Shown here: in pieces, positions 1 to 14,000 of the stretch | Layout of the letters: the number at the start of each line of letters is the position of its first letter | How positions within the stretch are numbered: the stretch's first letter is position 1 | Assembly: GCA_905178155.1 (NCBI GenBank) | Contig: CAJINV010000002.1 | Span: 7,098,893 to 7,162,742, forward strand | Source: Amoebophrya sp. A120 | Lineage: Eukaryota; Protista; Dinoflagellata | Direction of reading: 5' to 3' | Length of the DNA: 63,850 nucleotides | Notes under the pieces: generated by a model | Told to the model about the DNA's origin: nothing | The model's input: the letters and a program-made list of their open reading frames with translations, nothing else | The model's database searches: none | Translations under genes and position numbers: made by a program

Positions 1-160
1 CTTGCTCTTGCTCTTGCTCTTGCTCTTGCTCTTGCTCTTGCTCTTGCTCTTGCTCTTGCTCTTGCTCTTGCTCTTGCTCTTGCTCTTGCTCTTGCCCTCG
101 TGGCTTGCCTTGCCCTCGTGGCTTGCCTTGCTCTCTTGGCTTGCCTTGCTCTTGGCTTGC
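1..160. repeat. (CTTGCT)n microsatellite, decaying after ~95
   Basis: Perfect CTTGCT tandem repeat 1-~95, then degenerate CTTGCC/CTTGGC variants. Confidence 0.95.
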
Positions 161-420
161 AGCCATGCTTGAGCAAGGCAAGCGCTTCGCTTGCCTAGCG
201 GATGCGAGCCATGAGCCGCGTCGCGGCGGCTCGGCGACTCGCGCGCGTGGCAGCGTCGTGTAACCACGGTTACCCGACGGCACTGGGGCTTTTGTGTGTT
301 GGCGGCTAGTCCGATTGCTACTGTGGATGAGAACCGGGCCGACAACAATGTTCTCGGGCTTGTTCTCGCTGGGCTCATTTGCTTGCATTTTGCGGCAGTT
401 TTCGATGCTGCGCTGTTGTG

Positions 421-2483
421 CTTGTGGTTTCTGGCAAGAGAGCGCGAGCACTGTGTTCGCGCTCTGTTCGCGGAAGCCGCAAAAGCATGCGGATTAGCCG
501 CCAAAAGCGGGCACGCGCGAACAGACGCGAGCACTGTGCTCGCGCTCTGTTCGCGGAGGCCGTAGCATGCGGATTAGCCGTCAAAAACGGCGCGCGCGAA
601 CAGAGCGCGAACAGCTCTGTTCGCGGAGGCCGTAGCATGCGGATTAGCCGCCAAAAGCGGGCACGCGAGAACAGAGCGCGAGCACTGTTTTCGCGCTCTG
701 TTCGCGGAGGCCGTAGCGTGCGGATTAGCCTCAGCCGGCCGATGGCTCGCAAATTTGCCGCCTAAAAGGCTGCCGATTTTTTTCTAATATTGTGGGGCCC
801 ACATTGTTCCGGCTTGCGGCCCTTCTTTTTTCTTTTCGTCGCGGCCCCACGAGTCTGGGGCCCCAAGGGTTCTGGAGGTAGTCCGGGCAAGGGATTTTTC
901 GTCGGTAGTTTTTGCAGGTTTTGGAAATTGGGGCGCTGGGGATTTTTTTTAATTTTTTTGGCGAAGATTGCCCGCCCCAGCGTCTGCAGGGCCCGTGGCG
1001 CATCGGGGCCCGGGGTTTCCAAGGTTTGCGTCCCTGTGATTTTAGTTTTTGCCGCAGAGGGAAGCGGCGCGATTGTTTTCCATTTGTCTCGGGCCGCATA
1101 TCAATGGCCCCGGCCCGCCCGGCCGAGGTTTATGAGGGGCGCAGAGGTGGGGTTGGGGGGGGCTAATTTGGGGTCTAATTTCGCGTCTAATTTGTTTCTA
1201 ATTCAAGCATAGGGAATGCGAAAGGGTTTGCAATGAAAAAAATTAGCCGTGATTTAGCCAGGAATTTAGGCGCGAAGTTAGTCGCCTGCCTTAGCATCGA
1301 TTTAGGCAAGGAATTAGTCGGGGCAAGAGGTGCCCCGCCCGGTCTGTTTCCGGCTAGGTGGTTGCTGTTGATCATTTCGCCGGGCGGTTTCCCGGTTTTT
1401 TGTGTGGGCGAATTGCCGCCCCCCCCTAATCTTGCACATCGCGCCTGGCCTCCCCTCGGGGTCGCCTCCCTTCTGGGCCATTTTCTCTCTGGATGGGAGG
1501 AGCCCGAGGGCGCTAGGTATTTGGCCGCGAAGTTCTTGGCCCCGTTCGTTTTTGGTGTCCCGCCCCCCATGATTTTTGCCCGGTGGTCTTCGGGTTGGGT
1601 GTTGTCTTTGGCGGCATTGCCGCCACTTTCTTTTTTTGTTTTCCTTCGCGACATTAGAAAAAATATAGCAAGTTTTAAGCCTCGGAGAATGCCCGGGGCC
1701 GGCTGCCTGATTAGCCTTCAAAAAGGGCGCGCGCGAACAGAGCGCGAGCACTGTGCTCGCGCTCTGTTCGCGGCACCGTAGCAGGCGGATTAGCCGTCAA
1801 AAAGGGCACGCGCGAACACGCGAACGCCGAGAACACCCAAATCCGCGGACTTCGGTGATTCATCCGGTGTGGCCGACTCGGTCAAATCCGGCTTCGACCT
1901 CTTACGCGAGCCCGTACCATCGGGGGAAGGGTTGCGCTTGTGGTTTCTGGCAAGAGAGCGCGAGCACTGTGCTGGCGCTCTGTTCGCGGAGGCCGCAACA
2001 TGCGGATTAGCCGCCAAAAGCGGGCACGCGAGAACAGAGCGCGAGCACTGTTTTCGCGCTCTGTTCGCGGAGGCCGTAGCGTGCGGATTAGCCGTAAAAA
2101 AGGGCGCGCGCGAACAGAGCGCGAGCAGCTCTGTTCGCGGAGGCCGTAGCATGCGGATTAGCCGCCAAAAGCGAGCACGCGAGAACAGAGCGCGAGCACT
2201 GTTTTCGCGCTCTGTTCGCGGAGGCCGTAGCAGGCGGATTAGCCGCCAAAAAGGGTTCCCGCGAACAGAGCGCGAGCACTGTGTTCGCGCTCTGTTCGCG
2301 GCGCCGTAGCAGGCGGATTAGCCGCCAAAAAGGGCACGCGCGAACACGCGAACGCCGAGAACACCCAAATCCGCGGATTTCGGTGATTCATCCGGTGTGG
2401 CCGACTCGGTCAAATCCGGCATCGACCTCTTAAGCGAGCCCGTACCATCGGGGGAAGGGTTGTGCTTGTGGTTTCTGGCAAGA
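421..2483. repeat. Satellite of ~80-bp hairpin-containing units with higher-order duplication
   Basis: Unit GCGAACAGAGCGCGAGCA-CTG-TG(T/C)TCGCGCTCTGTTCGC-GGAGGCCGTAGCATGCGGATTAGCCGCCAAAAG repeats at ~435-730, 1716-1815 and 1952-2345. 1732-1955 is duplicated at 2260-2483. Confidence 0.9.
732..1708. mobile_element. Putative non-autonomous TIR insertion interrupting the satellite
   Basis: Starts CAGCCGGCC (732-740), with GGCCGGCTG at 1697-1705. GATTAGCCT flanks both sides (723-731, 1709-1717) and the satellite resumes in register. Confidence 0.55.
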
Positions 2484-3690
2484 TTTTGACGTTGCACAAA
2501 AACGACAGCCCGGGAACCCAGCATACCATCGGGGTTGCGTTCCCGCAACCATCTGAAATGGCGCACATGAAATAGCTGAATCACGGTGCTACTGCGCCAC
2601 TTGTTATACAAGTGGTTTTGCCCCAATCACGGCGCTAGTGCGTTTTTCTTTACCTCACCCCAGTCAACCTTCTCGTCGAAAAATGCCATTGATTCATCTT
2701 AAACTGTAGGGACGAGAACAACTACAAAGAGCAATTGTCTGGATATCGATACCTCCAGTGAAGTAAACCTAAACCTATCCGTATGTACAGTCTCGAAAAA
2801 GATTGAGGTGAACTTCAATAGTTCCCCTAGGTGGTATTGTTGATAGACAAATATATTTGGACAATTGATTCAAAAATAACCTACAAAACACGGGAAATAA
2901 GTCTTACAACCGCTACACGAAGACATAAACGCGAAGACAAAAATAAAACTAATCCCAAGCAAGGCCGGCACAAATCCACTCACGGCATAATTGGACTCGA
3001 AGATAGTAGCTTCTGTGGTCTGCGGATGTGGTATAAAGATTGACCACGACGACCCTTAGCTCCCTTCATTTATCCGATATTGACAGTAATATTCTAGAGC
3101 TTCCTAATCTATTGGATTCTTGGCCGAGTGTTCGAACGAAGACAGCCGCAGCCAGAAACATGAATACCAATACTATTTATTTTTCCATACAGACTTAAAC
3201 CATACGCACAGAACGGCCTGCATTGTTCAGAGCCAGCAGGTAGGTCTGTCGTGGTAAAAAAATAGATTATATGTGTATCTTCTATAGAGTCATTCGCTAC
3301 GGCTACAACTTTTGGTGTTACTTTACGACGTACCGGTAATCGTCTCTCCCCGGCTTCCCTTTGCTCTAGCTTTTACGCTGGTCTTTGCCTGCGGATAGAG
3401 TAAGTCACGTGAAGTCCTAGGTGGAGGAGTAGAATCCACTCTGAGGTACAGTTACCTAATACTAGCGAAATAGTTTTCAAACGTTTTATACGGAAACAAG
3501 TACAAGACAAAGAATCTCAATAAAGTTGACTATGCTATTCACGGCTATCTATCTTCAACTCAGTCGAGTAAGCCACTCCCACTTTGTGGACTACATCATT
3601 TACATCTTGTTACTTCTACGGTCGCCCTATTCAGAATTATCTTTATCACAACACAAGTACGCTCACTAAATAAAAAGTACTTCCGCCAAG

Positions 3691-6600
3691 ATGGTATTTC
3701 ATCATCCACTCTTGAGCAACGCCGCGCGGATGTTGTCGTATCTGCGGGCTCCCGGTAATCTCCTTGGCCAGCAGAGCCCCCAACAAACCGCGGTCAGTGT
3801 TTTCCACCCGTCCCCGACGCCGTCGCCGACCAGCGGGCTGTCGCCGCAACCGGATCCGGGTCCGCCCGCGGGAGAGCGCATCATGGACGACATTGAGGAC
3901 CAGATGAACGTCGGCTCCGAGGACTCTGGTAGAAGCACAAAGGAGGAGGAGGAACAGTCTCCGCAGGTTGTGGGAATCGTTGCGCCACCTCCAATTTTGG
4001 CGCAGCGCCAGCGCCAGCGGCCAGAGCAGGAGGACCAACATCCGCACAGCTTCAGTAGTGTGGTTGCCACGTCTAGTAGTAGTACAGTCCCCATCTACCG
4101 CCGGCCCGAGGTCGCCTTGTCTGCCGAAGAAGTCCCAGCAGGTGGTGGAGGAGGTCTTGCTACAAGTACAACAGGTCGCCACAACCGCAAGCCTGGATTG
4201 TATTGCTTTTGCGGAAAGTGCGGTCTCGATGTCGGAGGTGTAGAAGGTCGTGCTGCGCCACCTTCTCGCCCCGGCCTGGATGAAGAACGGGAAAGACATG
4301 ATTACGATTCTCGGGAGCAGGTTGAGGATCATCACCAGCGGCGCACGAATGACGTCATGCAGCTCGGAGCGGATGTGAGTGATACGTTGCAGCAGGCAAA
4401 TGCGCAACTAGAGAGGTGGCAGAGAGGCACGGCTGGCGGGGTGACCACGTCGGGGGCTTGGTGGGTCGACGACGGAGCGGGACCTAGTGGGTCAGGGCGT
4501 CAATCACCAGGAATGACTGGCGCAAGAGCGATCTTGTCTGCAGCTTCAGGGCACGAGCAGAATGCGAATGCTCATTTTGACCCGGTGAGTCTGAGGCAAC
4601 AAGTCCATGGAAATAAATCCAACACCACGCCGGAGAAGCTCCTGCTAAGCACACAGCAACAGAAGCAAACGCCTCTTCATCTCGATCGCGGCGAAATGTC
4701 CTCGCAGGAAAGATTTCATCAGATTGAAGGTGATGAAAGCGGGCCGAAAAAAAAGTTGAGCGCTGTTACGAAAAAGACCGAAAGCAGTCCTGCCACCAAA
4801 CGACTCGAAGCGCAGCTGCATGACGATCCACAACGGCAGCTGCGTACCGTGACGGGTGACAGCACGTCAGAGCCCGTATCTCCCAAATCACCGTCAAAAT
4901 TTTATTCCTGTGAGGAGCCGATCCACCCCGACGGCGGGGACATCTACTCCGGCACCGATACCGAGTGGGTGTACTCGCCAGAGTACCCACCATCGCGGGA
5001 GTTAAGTTGTTCTACTGTAGCCTCCGCCGAGGAGACCGTGATCGGGGACTTTCGTCTTTTTTTAGAAAAGTCCGTCGATTCAATCATCGCGAAGCAGGAA
5101 GAATTGAAGAGCCTCGCAAAGCAAAAATCTGGCACCTCATCCGAAATGGTGCTCGACGTGGCTGGGGCCGGATCAAAAGCCACGGCGGGGTGGGGAAATT
5201 ACAGAGCCAGCGTCCTTGGTGCCGTGCGACGTAGTCCGGAGGGTCTTCTACAGGAAGAAGATGAACAAGGACGAGGCATCAATCGAGGTTCTCCGGCAGA
5301 AGCAACAGCAGCTGGGGTCGTAACTCCACCACGTAACAACACGCTGTTGGTGCGAGGTAGCAAGCAGCGTCCGATTACTAGAAATGCTACTCTATCGAAC
5401 AACAATAAAAACGCCACTGCAGCACTGCATCGAGGAGACCACGACCCGAAAGCTTCTTCATCAAAAGAGCACGGCCAATCTGCTCCGCTCTTGGGCCATT
5501 CCAAACTAGGATCCCGCTTTGCTGACGCGTGCGTGAAGGAGCGTCCCACCTCGGCTGTCGCAGCTGACTGCGTAGGGTCGCAACGCGGCTCGGTTGTTGG
5601 TCGACAACGAGTTGTTGGCTGCAGTATCAATTCTACACCTGCGGAAAGCGCTTCCACTGCCAGAGCACCAGCGCCACATTCACATACTGAAGCACAAGCA
5701 TCACATCTTCGAGGCGGCCTCGGCCAGCAGCTGGAGCATCGCGGATGGATGCAACAGACCCGTAATGGAACAGCAACAGCTGGTCGTCGAAGGGACATCG
5801 ACGCTCTAGCTGTGCCGTGCAGCAACGGGGTCGACATCAACGCTCTTTTGCAGTTAGAGGAGGACTATGCCTTGCAAAAGGAAAAGGGTCGCACTACTAC
5901 GTGCAAAATAAATACAAATTCGCCAGCGTCACAAGTTTTTCCTGAACGTGAACTGCAATTAGACACGCAGAGTCATGATCTTCTAGTAACGAACCCTACG
6001 AACAAAGCAGAAGCACATTCGTCATGCAGGATTGGTAGTGCGTTTGGTTTCTTTACGTATATATAAGTGCGATACTTTTCCACGCGATAAGGAGTGTGAT
6101 CGCGTCTTGGCAGATGTTGAGGTAGTTTCAAAAGAACAAGACCAGCAGGACAAAGCAAGCCCCGAGGGCAGGAACAAGCCTCCTCCTTTTCTTCGCACCG
6201 AACAGGGCCCGCAACTGCTGCACGAAGATGAAGACGAAGTAGTAGACCGTAATGAAGATTGTAGAAACCATACTGCTGACGGGGATTCCGATCATGAAGC
6301 AGAGGTGACAGCGCGCCTTCGCGCCCTGGCGATTCGCACTTCGAGGAACAACAGCCACCAGTCTCCCATGTTGCGTAGTACGCAGCGAGATGGTATTTCG
6401 GGGCAGCTACACCGACTGCAGCAGGAGCAGCACCAATGCGAGCCGCAGAGAAGTAAATCCTCGAGCGATGTTCGTCATCATGATGTTCTTGATGCTGTTC
6501 TTGACCACAGGAAGAACTGTACTAAGAACAAGAAGCGGCTCTCCAATGCCTCCGGGTGTAGTAACAGGTCCGTCGCTACGTCCTCTATCTTGGATGTCCG

Positions 6601-7888
6601 GCCAACCGAGTCCACGCGCCCACCAACGTCGCCTCAGAGAAAAGCCGAGGTGGCGCAGCGGTTTTCTGGCGCTAATAGCGGCTCTGTTTTTAGTGTCGGG
6701 CGTGACGAAACATCTTTCTCTTCGGTCCGAACGACGAAGAGCAAGAACGAGGCCAGGCACCACCGAGGACCGGTGGAGCAGCAACGACAGAGCTTCGAAG
6801 GAGGCAGCGCTCGATCCTTTCCGGATGATGAAGATTGGACGTGGGACAGGTATTTGGACGCAGATAATGCCAGCGACACCCCGCGCAGCGGCCACGACTC
6901 GAACTCGTCTTTCGCGGACGAAGATGATAGCAGCGACGACAGCTATGTGCAAGAGGCTTTGCCTTGGTACGAAGATCGAACCCCGGACGCGCCAGAACCG
7001 GGGGTACGGCAGAAACAGAAGCGCAAGTTGTTCGACGCGAACCAGCGAAATACTGCGAAGAAGAACAGTCCTGGTTTCAGGAGGCGCACGACCGCGGAGC
7101 GGGAGACGACCACGACAGGCGAAGTAGATGAAAAGGAGCGGCAAAGTCAAATAAGTCGGGAAGTAGCCGAAACTGCTAGTAGAACGAGAAGTGCTAGTAA
7201 ACACCAGTCAGCACGTGTTGACCACAGGCAAACGACTGCGAATAAAGTGATAAAAAAGATGAACACGACGACGACGCCCGGAACGGCCGCGCAGACAGCA
7301 GCCCATCTTGACGTGTCCGGATTCCTTGCAAGTTGCGACCCTGCAGGGGAACGGAATCGTGGTCCCGGCTGCAGCGACACGACGACAAAAATAAATCGAG
7401 TACAACACCTGAACGAAAATAGCAAAACAAAACGCGCTCCTGGAGGTGCTGCAGCTCCTGCCGCGACTCGGAAAGAGGTTGGACCACACGAACCGGGCCA
7501 GCGGGGCGAAGGTACTCGACTGCAGCTGCCTGACGGAGGTTTTTTTGTCGAACACGAACAGCACCTTTCGCCGGAAGATGATGAGGACGATCATGACGCA
7601 GACGAAGACGACCCTTACTTACACGACCGAGCAGGAAGAAAGAAGCACGCGCATAATCAACGCTCCGACGACGACGAGGACGGAGGTACGTCGTCCTCCA
7701 TTCTGGCGGTTCATGACACAAATTCCGACTTTTTCCGGGGTGACGAGAGTGATCCGGACGGCTTGCCGTGGTACGAAGACCGGGCGGGACAAGCTCTGGA
7801 GCCTCCCATGCAACTCCTCGATTATCGCACTCACTTCTTGACGAGAAACGCTGCTGCTGGTGCGGTGCGCGCACACAATATCCCCTGA
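3691..7888 (+). CDS. Large low-complexity hypothetical protein (2 exons)
   Basis: ORFs 3691-6066 and 6032-7888 join in frame through a GT-AG intron at 6035-6113 (79 nt). No recognisable domain; start uncertain. Confidence 0.7.
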
Positions 7889-10800
7889 GCTTTTCGCTCC
7901 AATATACGCAATAGAATCACCGAGACCCTCTTCGCTGCATCCAAAGTTGTAATTTGTATAAAGATTTGCTGTTCATCGAATCGAAAAAGGTAGCAGTTGT
8001 GCTAAAACTAAAAAGCTGCTATAATAGATAGCGAAATTCATCTACGTGTGCGTGATGTTGTTCTTGATGGTATAAAGCATTCACCATGACCACGACGAGC
8101 TCGAGTCGCAGCAAAAAATGAAGCCTTCACCGGTCGCATCACGTTGTCGTTGGTAGTGGTGATTTTTTCGCACCATAAATTGGAAAAACAATTGGTTGGA
8201 GGAGGCAGCTTCCGGGAACAAGGTACGTCCACTACGAACAGAAAACAACACCAGATTTCCGCCCAAAAACGAACGTGATTTTTTTGACTTTCCTGACTCA
8301 GCCGCCCACGGAGCGTGATAGATGTACTTTCTTCTGAGAATTTTTTTCTTGGTAGCTCTATTTATACAATCACAGGAAGTGCTTATTGTCGGGAGAAGGC
8401 ATAGGGAAGGGGAAGGAAAGCGTAGAGATCATATGTCAATCAATCTATAATTCTTTTTCGTAAGCTGTCAACATCTTTTTCGCTTCCCGCCCTCTTCTCC
8501 GTCTTACTTCCCGCGTGACACGAAAGCTATGGAGCCGATTTGCTAGGCGGAAAAAAACATTTTGCGCGCGAAGCCAATAGCTATTTACTTTTCATTTATT
8601 TTTGCGGAAACGGAATCGGAATAAAAATAAATATAAGAAGTGCGATGAAGCTGTAGAAAAAGATCTGCCGCTTAAAGAAGCTCACGGTAGGGCAGTACAT
8701 CAGAGATGAACGATGTAGATTGAACCGCTGCGAAAGCTCTCAACGTCTTCACAGCAGCACAACCAGAAAAACCAAAAAAGCAAAAAGCAAATCCTTCTTT
8801 CCTTCGAATGCAGATGCAATTTCTTCTATTTGCGGTGTTGTTCGGGTTCAAAGCAATCATCTTCCAATGATTCGCTGAGATCCTAACACTGTCGTAAATA
8901 TAGAAAATGGATGCAGTCCGTCAAAGGGGACACCACCAACATCATCATAAAATGGATGACTCGCGGTTGGTGGGCTTCGATCCTGCAATGGGAATGGTCA
9001 TTCGCTCAGGAGCCAAATAAAAGTTTATGTTTATTTATTACAAGAACGCAGAGGGGGTTTTACATCACGCACATAAGTGCAGCCCCAGCGTAACTGAAGG
9101 TAGTCTAGATCAGGGCGAGCGGCGTTCTACAGATTTCATTTCCAAACTCTGGGCTTTTTTTCAGGAAGATGCGGATTGCTACCATTGGGTCTTGTTTTTC
9201 AAACGTAGGCCATTGTTCTTTATTTATTTCACTGTTCGCGCGACGTTGCAGTAGCCCTAGCCTTACCGTTTACGAGAAGTGCGCCGGAAAGCCTGATCGC
9301 ACAGGCAACGCGGCAGCGCATTACTTTTGCCACAATGACAATGTACGTAGAAAAACGAGCTAGATCCTGCTTGATCTCAGGGCTGATGATATTATAAAAA
9401 TTTGGAAGATCGCTAGCAAACCCTTAGTCAAGAACAGGAGGTTTTTGGCTCACTCTGAATCAATGATTCGCACGTTGCACCAAGACGGCAACTGGCATAG
9501 AAAACAAACAACTGATATCAGAAAAGGAATTACCACCAAGGAGGACGCAATGTTCATGCTTCTGTTGGAAGCATGTGCATGCAGATGCACGTAAATGACG
9601 AGCGTTTAGGTCCAGATCGTTTTTAGTTCTTCTCACGGATAATAAACCCATTTCGCTTCGACAACGAGGCTTCATAATGTACCACGCTCGTCATTTTCTT
9701 TTTTTTATTTCTTCTTTAATTGTTCTTGCTATGAGTATGAATATGCTTTTTCTTTTGGAAAGTGGTCATGGGTGAGGGTGAGGCCCCATCATGTAGATGA
9801 CGCCATCAATCAGGCTTGCTCGATGAGTACGTATTTATGGAAACAGATAAGTTGCAGTTGGAGAATTAGTTGAGAACCCCTTTGGCTCTAATACGTACAG
9901 GGGACGTTCACGTTGGTGAAATGACATGAAATCGATATTGTCGGTTTCATGAAGTTTGCAAGTGACAACGATAACGAATTCTCCTCATCGACGACTTTTT
10001 TCGTTTTGCCTTTTCTTTTGCCTGGCTCGCCTTGGCAGCTACTGGTACTGCCAAAGAAGTGAAGAAGTAGAAGTTGTAGCAGCTTGCGGTAAGTTGTCTT
10101 TTCTTTTATTTTGGAGTAGGCGGCCTGTCTAGTGCTTACTCCTCTTTAGTTTGTTGTTTTTGTTGCTTGTTTTTGAAGATCTCACATCCAATCACTCAGT
10201 TACAATTGTAGTGGAGCTACACAAACACTGCTTGTAGAACGATACGACTGAGAATACAAAAAAAAACGCAAGTGCAAGTGGTATCAAAAATTATATTTGT
10301 TAATAGCATTTAGAGTCTTTCCGTTCTCTTATTCTGAGTCGGGTGCTATTAACTTTATACAAAAATCGTGCGAGGGAACCCCTGTCTGCTTCCTGCAGTC
10401 TTGCGCAAAGCAAAAAAGGGGTCGCCAGTTGTGCATGCTTTTGCGTGTCGCAAAGAATACCGAAGGACAGTTCGCAAAACCAAGTTGTATAATCGTGATG
10501 CGCGGCTACTGCCACTGCATGAAGCGGGATCGGAGATCTTTTCGAATACAGCTTCCTGTTCGTCAGCTTGGAGCATGAGGATATCGATTTTGTGTCTTTT
10601 TATCTGTCTTTTTATCATCGAGAAGCTGGAGTAGCAGTTGATGCAGCTTGTGCTTGCCGCACTTTGATCAATGATCTGAAAAAAAAGTGCACGGGAGGGC
10701 GAGTGTCGACGGAGTCGTGCAAAGATAAAGAAAGGAGCGAAGAGGGGGAAAGGGAAACGAAAAGAACTATCACGATATTAGAGTAACGACAAGTATTCGG

Positions 10801-11060
10801 CTTAGGTGAAGAAGATGAAGAAGAATTTTCGAAGTATTGTTGTCACTTGTGAGAAAAATATTGGGCTTTATCTTAGACGAAGAAAGAACACAAAGCACCT
10901 CTCTGTGGAAGGCCACGCACTGATCCTACGATGTTGACAAGGATAGTATTGACTGAACGGTCCGCGTCCTGAATGTCTGAGCCACGTGTAGTCAGTATTC
11001 GCACATAAGAACCTCCCTCACGTCACAAGTAAACCTATCATAACCATAAGGAAGTACGAG

Positions 11061-14000
11061 ATGCCTTCGAAAAAGGAGCCGCCGATTCCGCGCTACCTGA
11101 CGCATACCTACTTGTCGAAGTCTCGCGACGCCTCTGCGCACCGAAAAAAGCGGTTTCTGCAGGCGCATGAGGGGGAACTCCGTACTGAGTACATCGGAAA
11201 CCTCCGGGAGTCGCGTTACCAGTCCGACCTCGGTCCCAGCTTGAAAGCCAACGCGCCCCCAGCTGCGTTCCGCCCGCCGGGACGGAGCACCATTTACCGG
11301 CAACCTGGGTTCGGCCCTGCGGCGCGCGTCCGGGAGGCGAGCCGAAAGAAAGTCCGGGATGGGGTGTCGCCGATTTTCGAAACTCCGCCCGAGGTGCTGC
11401 TAACCAACCGAGTGACGGCTGCGCGGAAAAACCGGATTTTGGTGCGGTCCCGGACAGAGCAGCGCATCGGAAATTTGGAACAGAGACGGCCCATAGAGGA
11501 CATCGAAAACGAAGAAGACGTGGCTTTCGCGAAGAACGCGATTCGAGCGCAGATTTTCGGCGAAGATTTGCAGGGGATTTTCGGCGGGGGAGGAGGAGGA
11601 GGAGGTGCCAGGAATACTACTACAAACAGAAGCGTCTCGACGTCGAGAGCAGCGCGGAAAGATAAACTACTGTCCGATATTGCGGAGGAAGATCAAGATG
11701 AGGTTTGGTCCAATGTGTTGGCCAACAGCTCTACAAGGGGAAACTACGGGAGAAGCCGATCCATCTCCGTGTTCGCCAGAAATCCCAACAATCAGTCCTC
11801 CTCCTCCAGTGTCGAAGAGGAAGATCCCAGCTGCGACGAAGACATTCTGCAAATGAGCGCGTCTTTCCGTGGGAGAAGGGGGGTTGTAACTGGAATGCCT
11901 GGTGCCGGAGGTGCAGCCAGAAACACGAGCGGGGGCCGGCGGCGGGAGCGAAATTTGAGTCTGATAAAGCGCAACAACTCCACCTCTCTGGCAGCAGCTC
12001 CTGCACGTCGGAACCATAAATCACCACCAAAAGGAGCAGACGGAGGCCGGTTTCGCACGCCGACACCTGGTCCCCCTTCGCAACTGACGCGACAAAGCGC
12101 CGGAACAGCCAGGCTTCCGGGAAGAACGTTGAGCACGCCGAGCTTGAGCCGGCAAGGAACCGCGGGAAATGACCACACGATGCTGACCGATGATTTGCCG
12201 AGTCCAACGAGATTCGTGAACGACTACCGGTCGAGCCGCCCGGCGTCCAGTGTGACAAGAGGACGGTACTACTAGATAGGTGAATGAGACTTGCTATTGC
12301 TTTGAAGATCGCCTGTCGTGCATGCTCTGCAAAAGAAGTGAGAAACAATAGCAATTTGAGAGTTAGTGTCAGTTCGTGAGGTGGACGCACATAGTACAAT
12401 TTTCTCAGGTCTGCCGGTGGTTCCCCGAACACCCTTCACCGTTCCGTCGCTTCCAGTGCAGCCGTCATTCCCCTGGGCGGCTCTGCGCGCACGCTTCCGA
12501 AGTACCAGCAGAGTCTTTCCCGCCAACAGTCCGAGCACCAGCTTTTTGCTGATAGTTCGCTCCCGCCCTCGAAGTCAACCCTGTTCACCCCCCGGGGCAG
12601 TTTTCACAACCACAACACCTCGAACAATGGCTTCAACAGCACCCTCCAGTCCGGACTCCAATCTCAGTCCGCATCGAAACGCTCCGTGTTGTTTCGCGAC
12701 GAGAGTAGAGCGACCAACCACACAACTGCGAGGAATCGAAGCAACAGTCCCGGGATGTTGAATACGAGGGCGAGCCACTTGATGTCTACCTCTCCGGGCG
12801 GCCGTTCCTCGACGGTGGACAACATCACTTCAGCCAGTAATGCAAAGAGGCAAAACGCCATCGATAGCCTAGCCAGGCGGGTTGAGGAGCTGGAGCAAAA
12901 CACCTTTGAAAACTCATCGGAGAGGCAAAGGGCGGACTGGAACATGCAGAATGGCGTGCCGACGCTGCCGAGGTTCAGTAAAAATTGGAGCAACTATCAT
13001 GCGAACAACGGTACTAGTACCTCGTTGAAACACCGCGACCCGCCACACCCCTCCTCTGTCGCGTATTACCGAACGAGGCAGCTGTACAACGACCGGAATA
13101 ACATGAACGTCGCCCAGGTAGCAGTTGCGGAAGAGGAGCAGGAGGAGTTTCTGAGCCGAAATGACGATTTGTTCGCGACTTCCCCCCAGCGAGGTTCGAA
13201 TTTGCGGAACAGCAGCAGTCGGAGTGGTCATCGTGGACGACAAAATATCCACTCCACTGGAGGTGGTGGAGATAACTACTCCATTGCAGCGACGGCGGCG
13301 CAGAACAGCTCGGCCGCTGTGGCGCCGACGCGGGGGGAAATAAAACCTGATGAAGAAATACAGAAGATCATGAAGTCTCGTGGGTACACGGTGGCCGCTG
13401 ACTTTGCGAGGGGAAATCTTGGAGAGGATCCACGAAATTTGAACGCCGACATTGAACAGCAATTGCAGTTGTGCCAACAGCAAGTCCGCGAGTGCACGAA
13501 CAGATATTTGGAAACGCGAATGCAGATCAAACGCGACGAAGAAAAGAAACGGCAGGACGACTTCAAACGGACGCTGACGGGCGGGCTGAAATACGCCACG
13601 GAAGCGCGACTGGTCGGGGCTTTTGCAGGTGGATAGGATTTTGACGAAGTGTTGTTATTGCATTTTGTATTTCGGTGCCGAAGCTGCGAAGACAAAGAAA
13701 CAGAAAGTAAACAATTATGCCACCGATTAAGACTAAATCCACATCAAATACGCACATCCAATAAATCTATTCCAGGCCCTTCTTCCGCCTCCTCACTGTT
13801 CAACCCGGCCGCGGTCTCCAACACGGTCAGCATAGCTTCGCGCTCCCGATCCGCGTCCCCGGACAAGGCCGGCGCTTACCGGCGCGGGGCGGCTACCGGC
13901 GCGGAGCTTTTCTCCACCCCGGGCAACCTCCTGAATGACGTCCCGCTGGTCGGCGTGAATAGTACCGGGATCAAGTTGAACCAAAAAACCTTCTGGGCAG

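Noticed and set aside
1-95. Telomere
   Set aside because: CTTGCT does not match the TTTAGGG/TTAGGG-type repeat, and a chromosome end cannot be shown from this window.
421-2483. CRISPR array
   Set aside because: The units are ~80-bp tandem copies without unique spacers, there are no cas genes, and the context is eukaryotic.
294-2626. ORFs in the satellite region
   Set aside because: They are translations of the repeat unit.
9442-9452. Dinoflagellate spliced-leader relic (TTTTGGCTCA); also CCGTAGC in the satellite
   Set aside because: The matches are too short and not next to a gene start.
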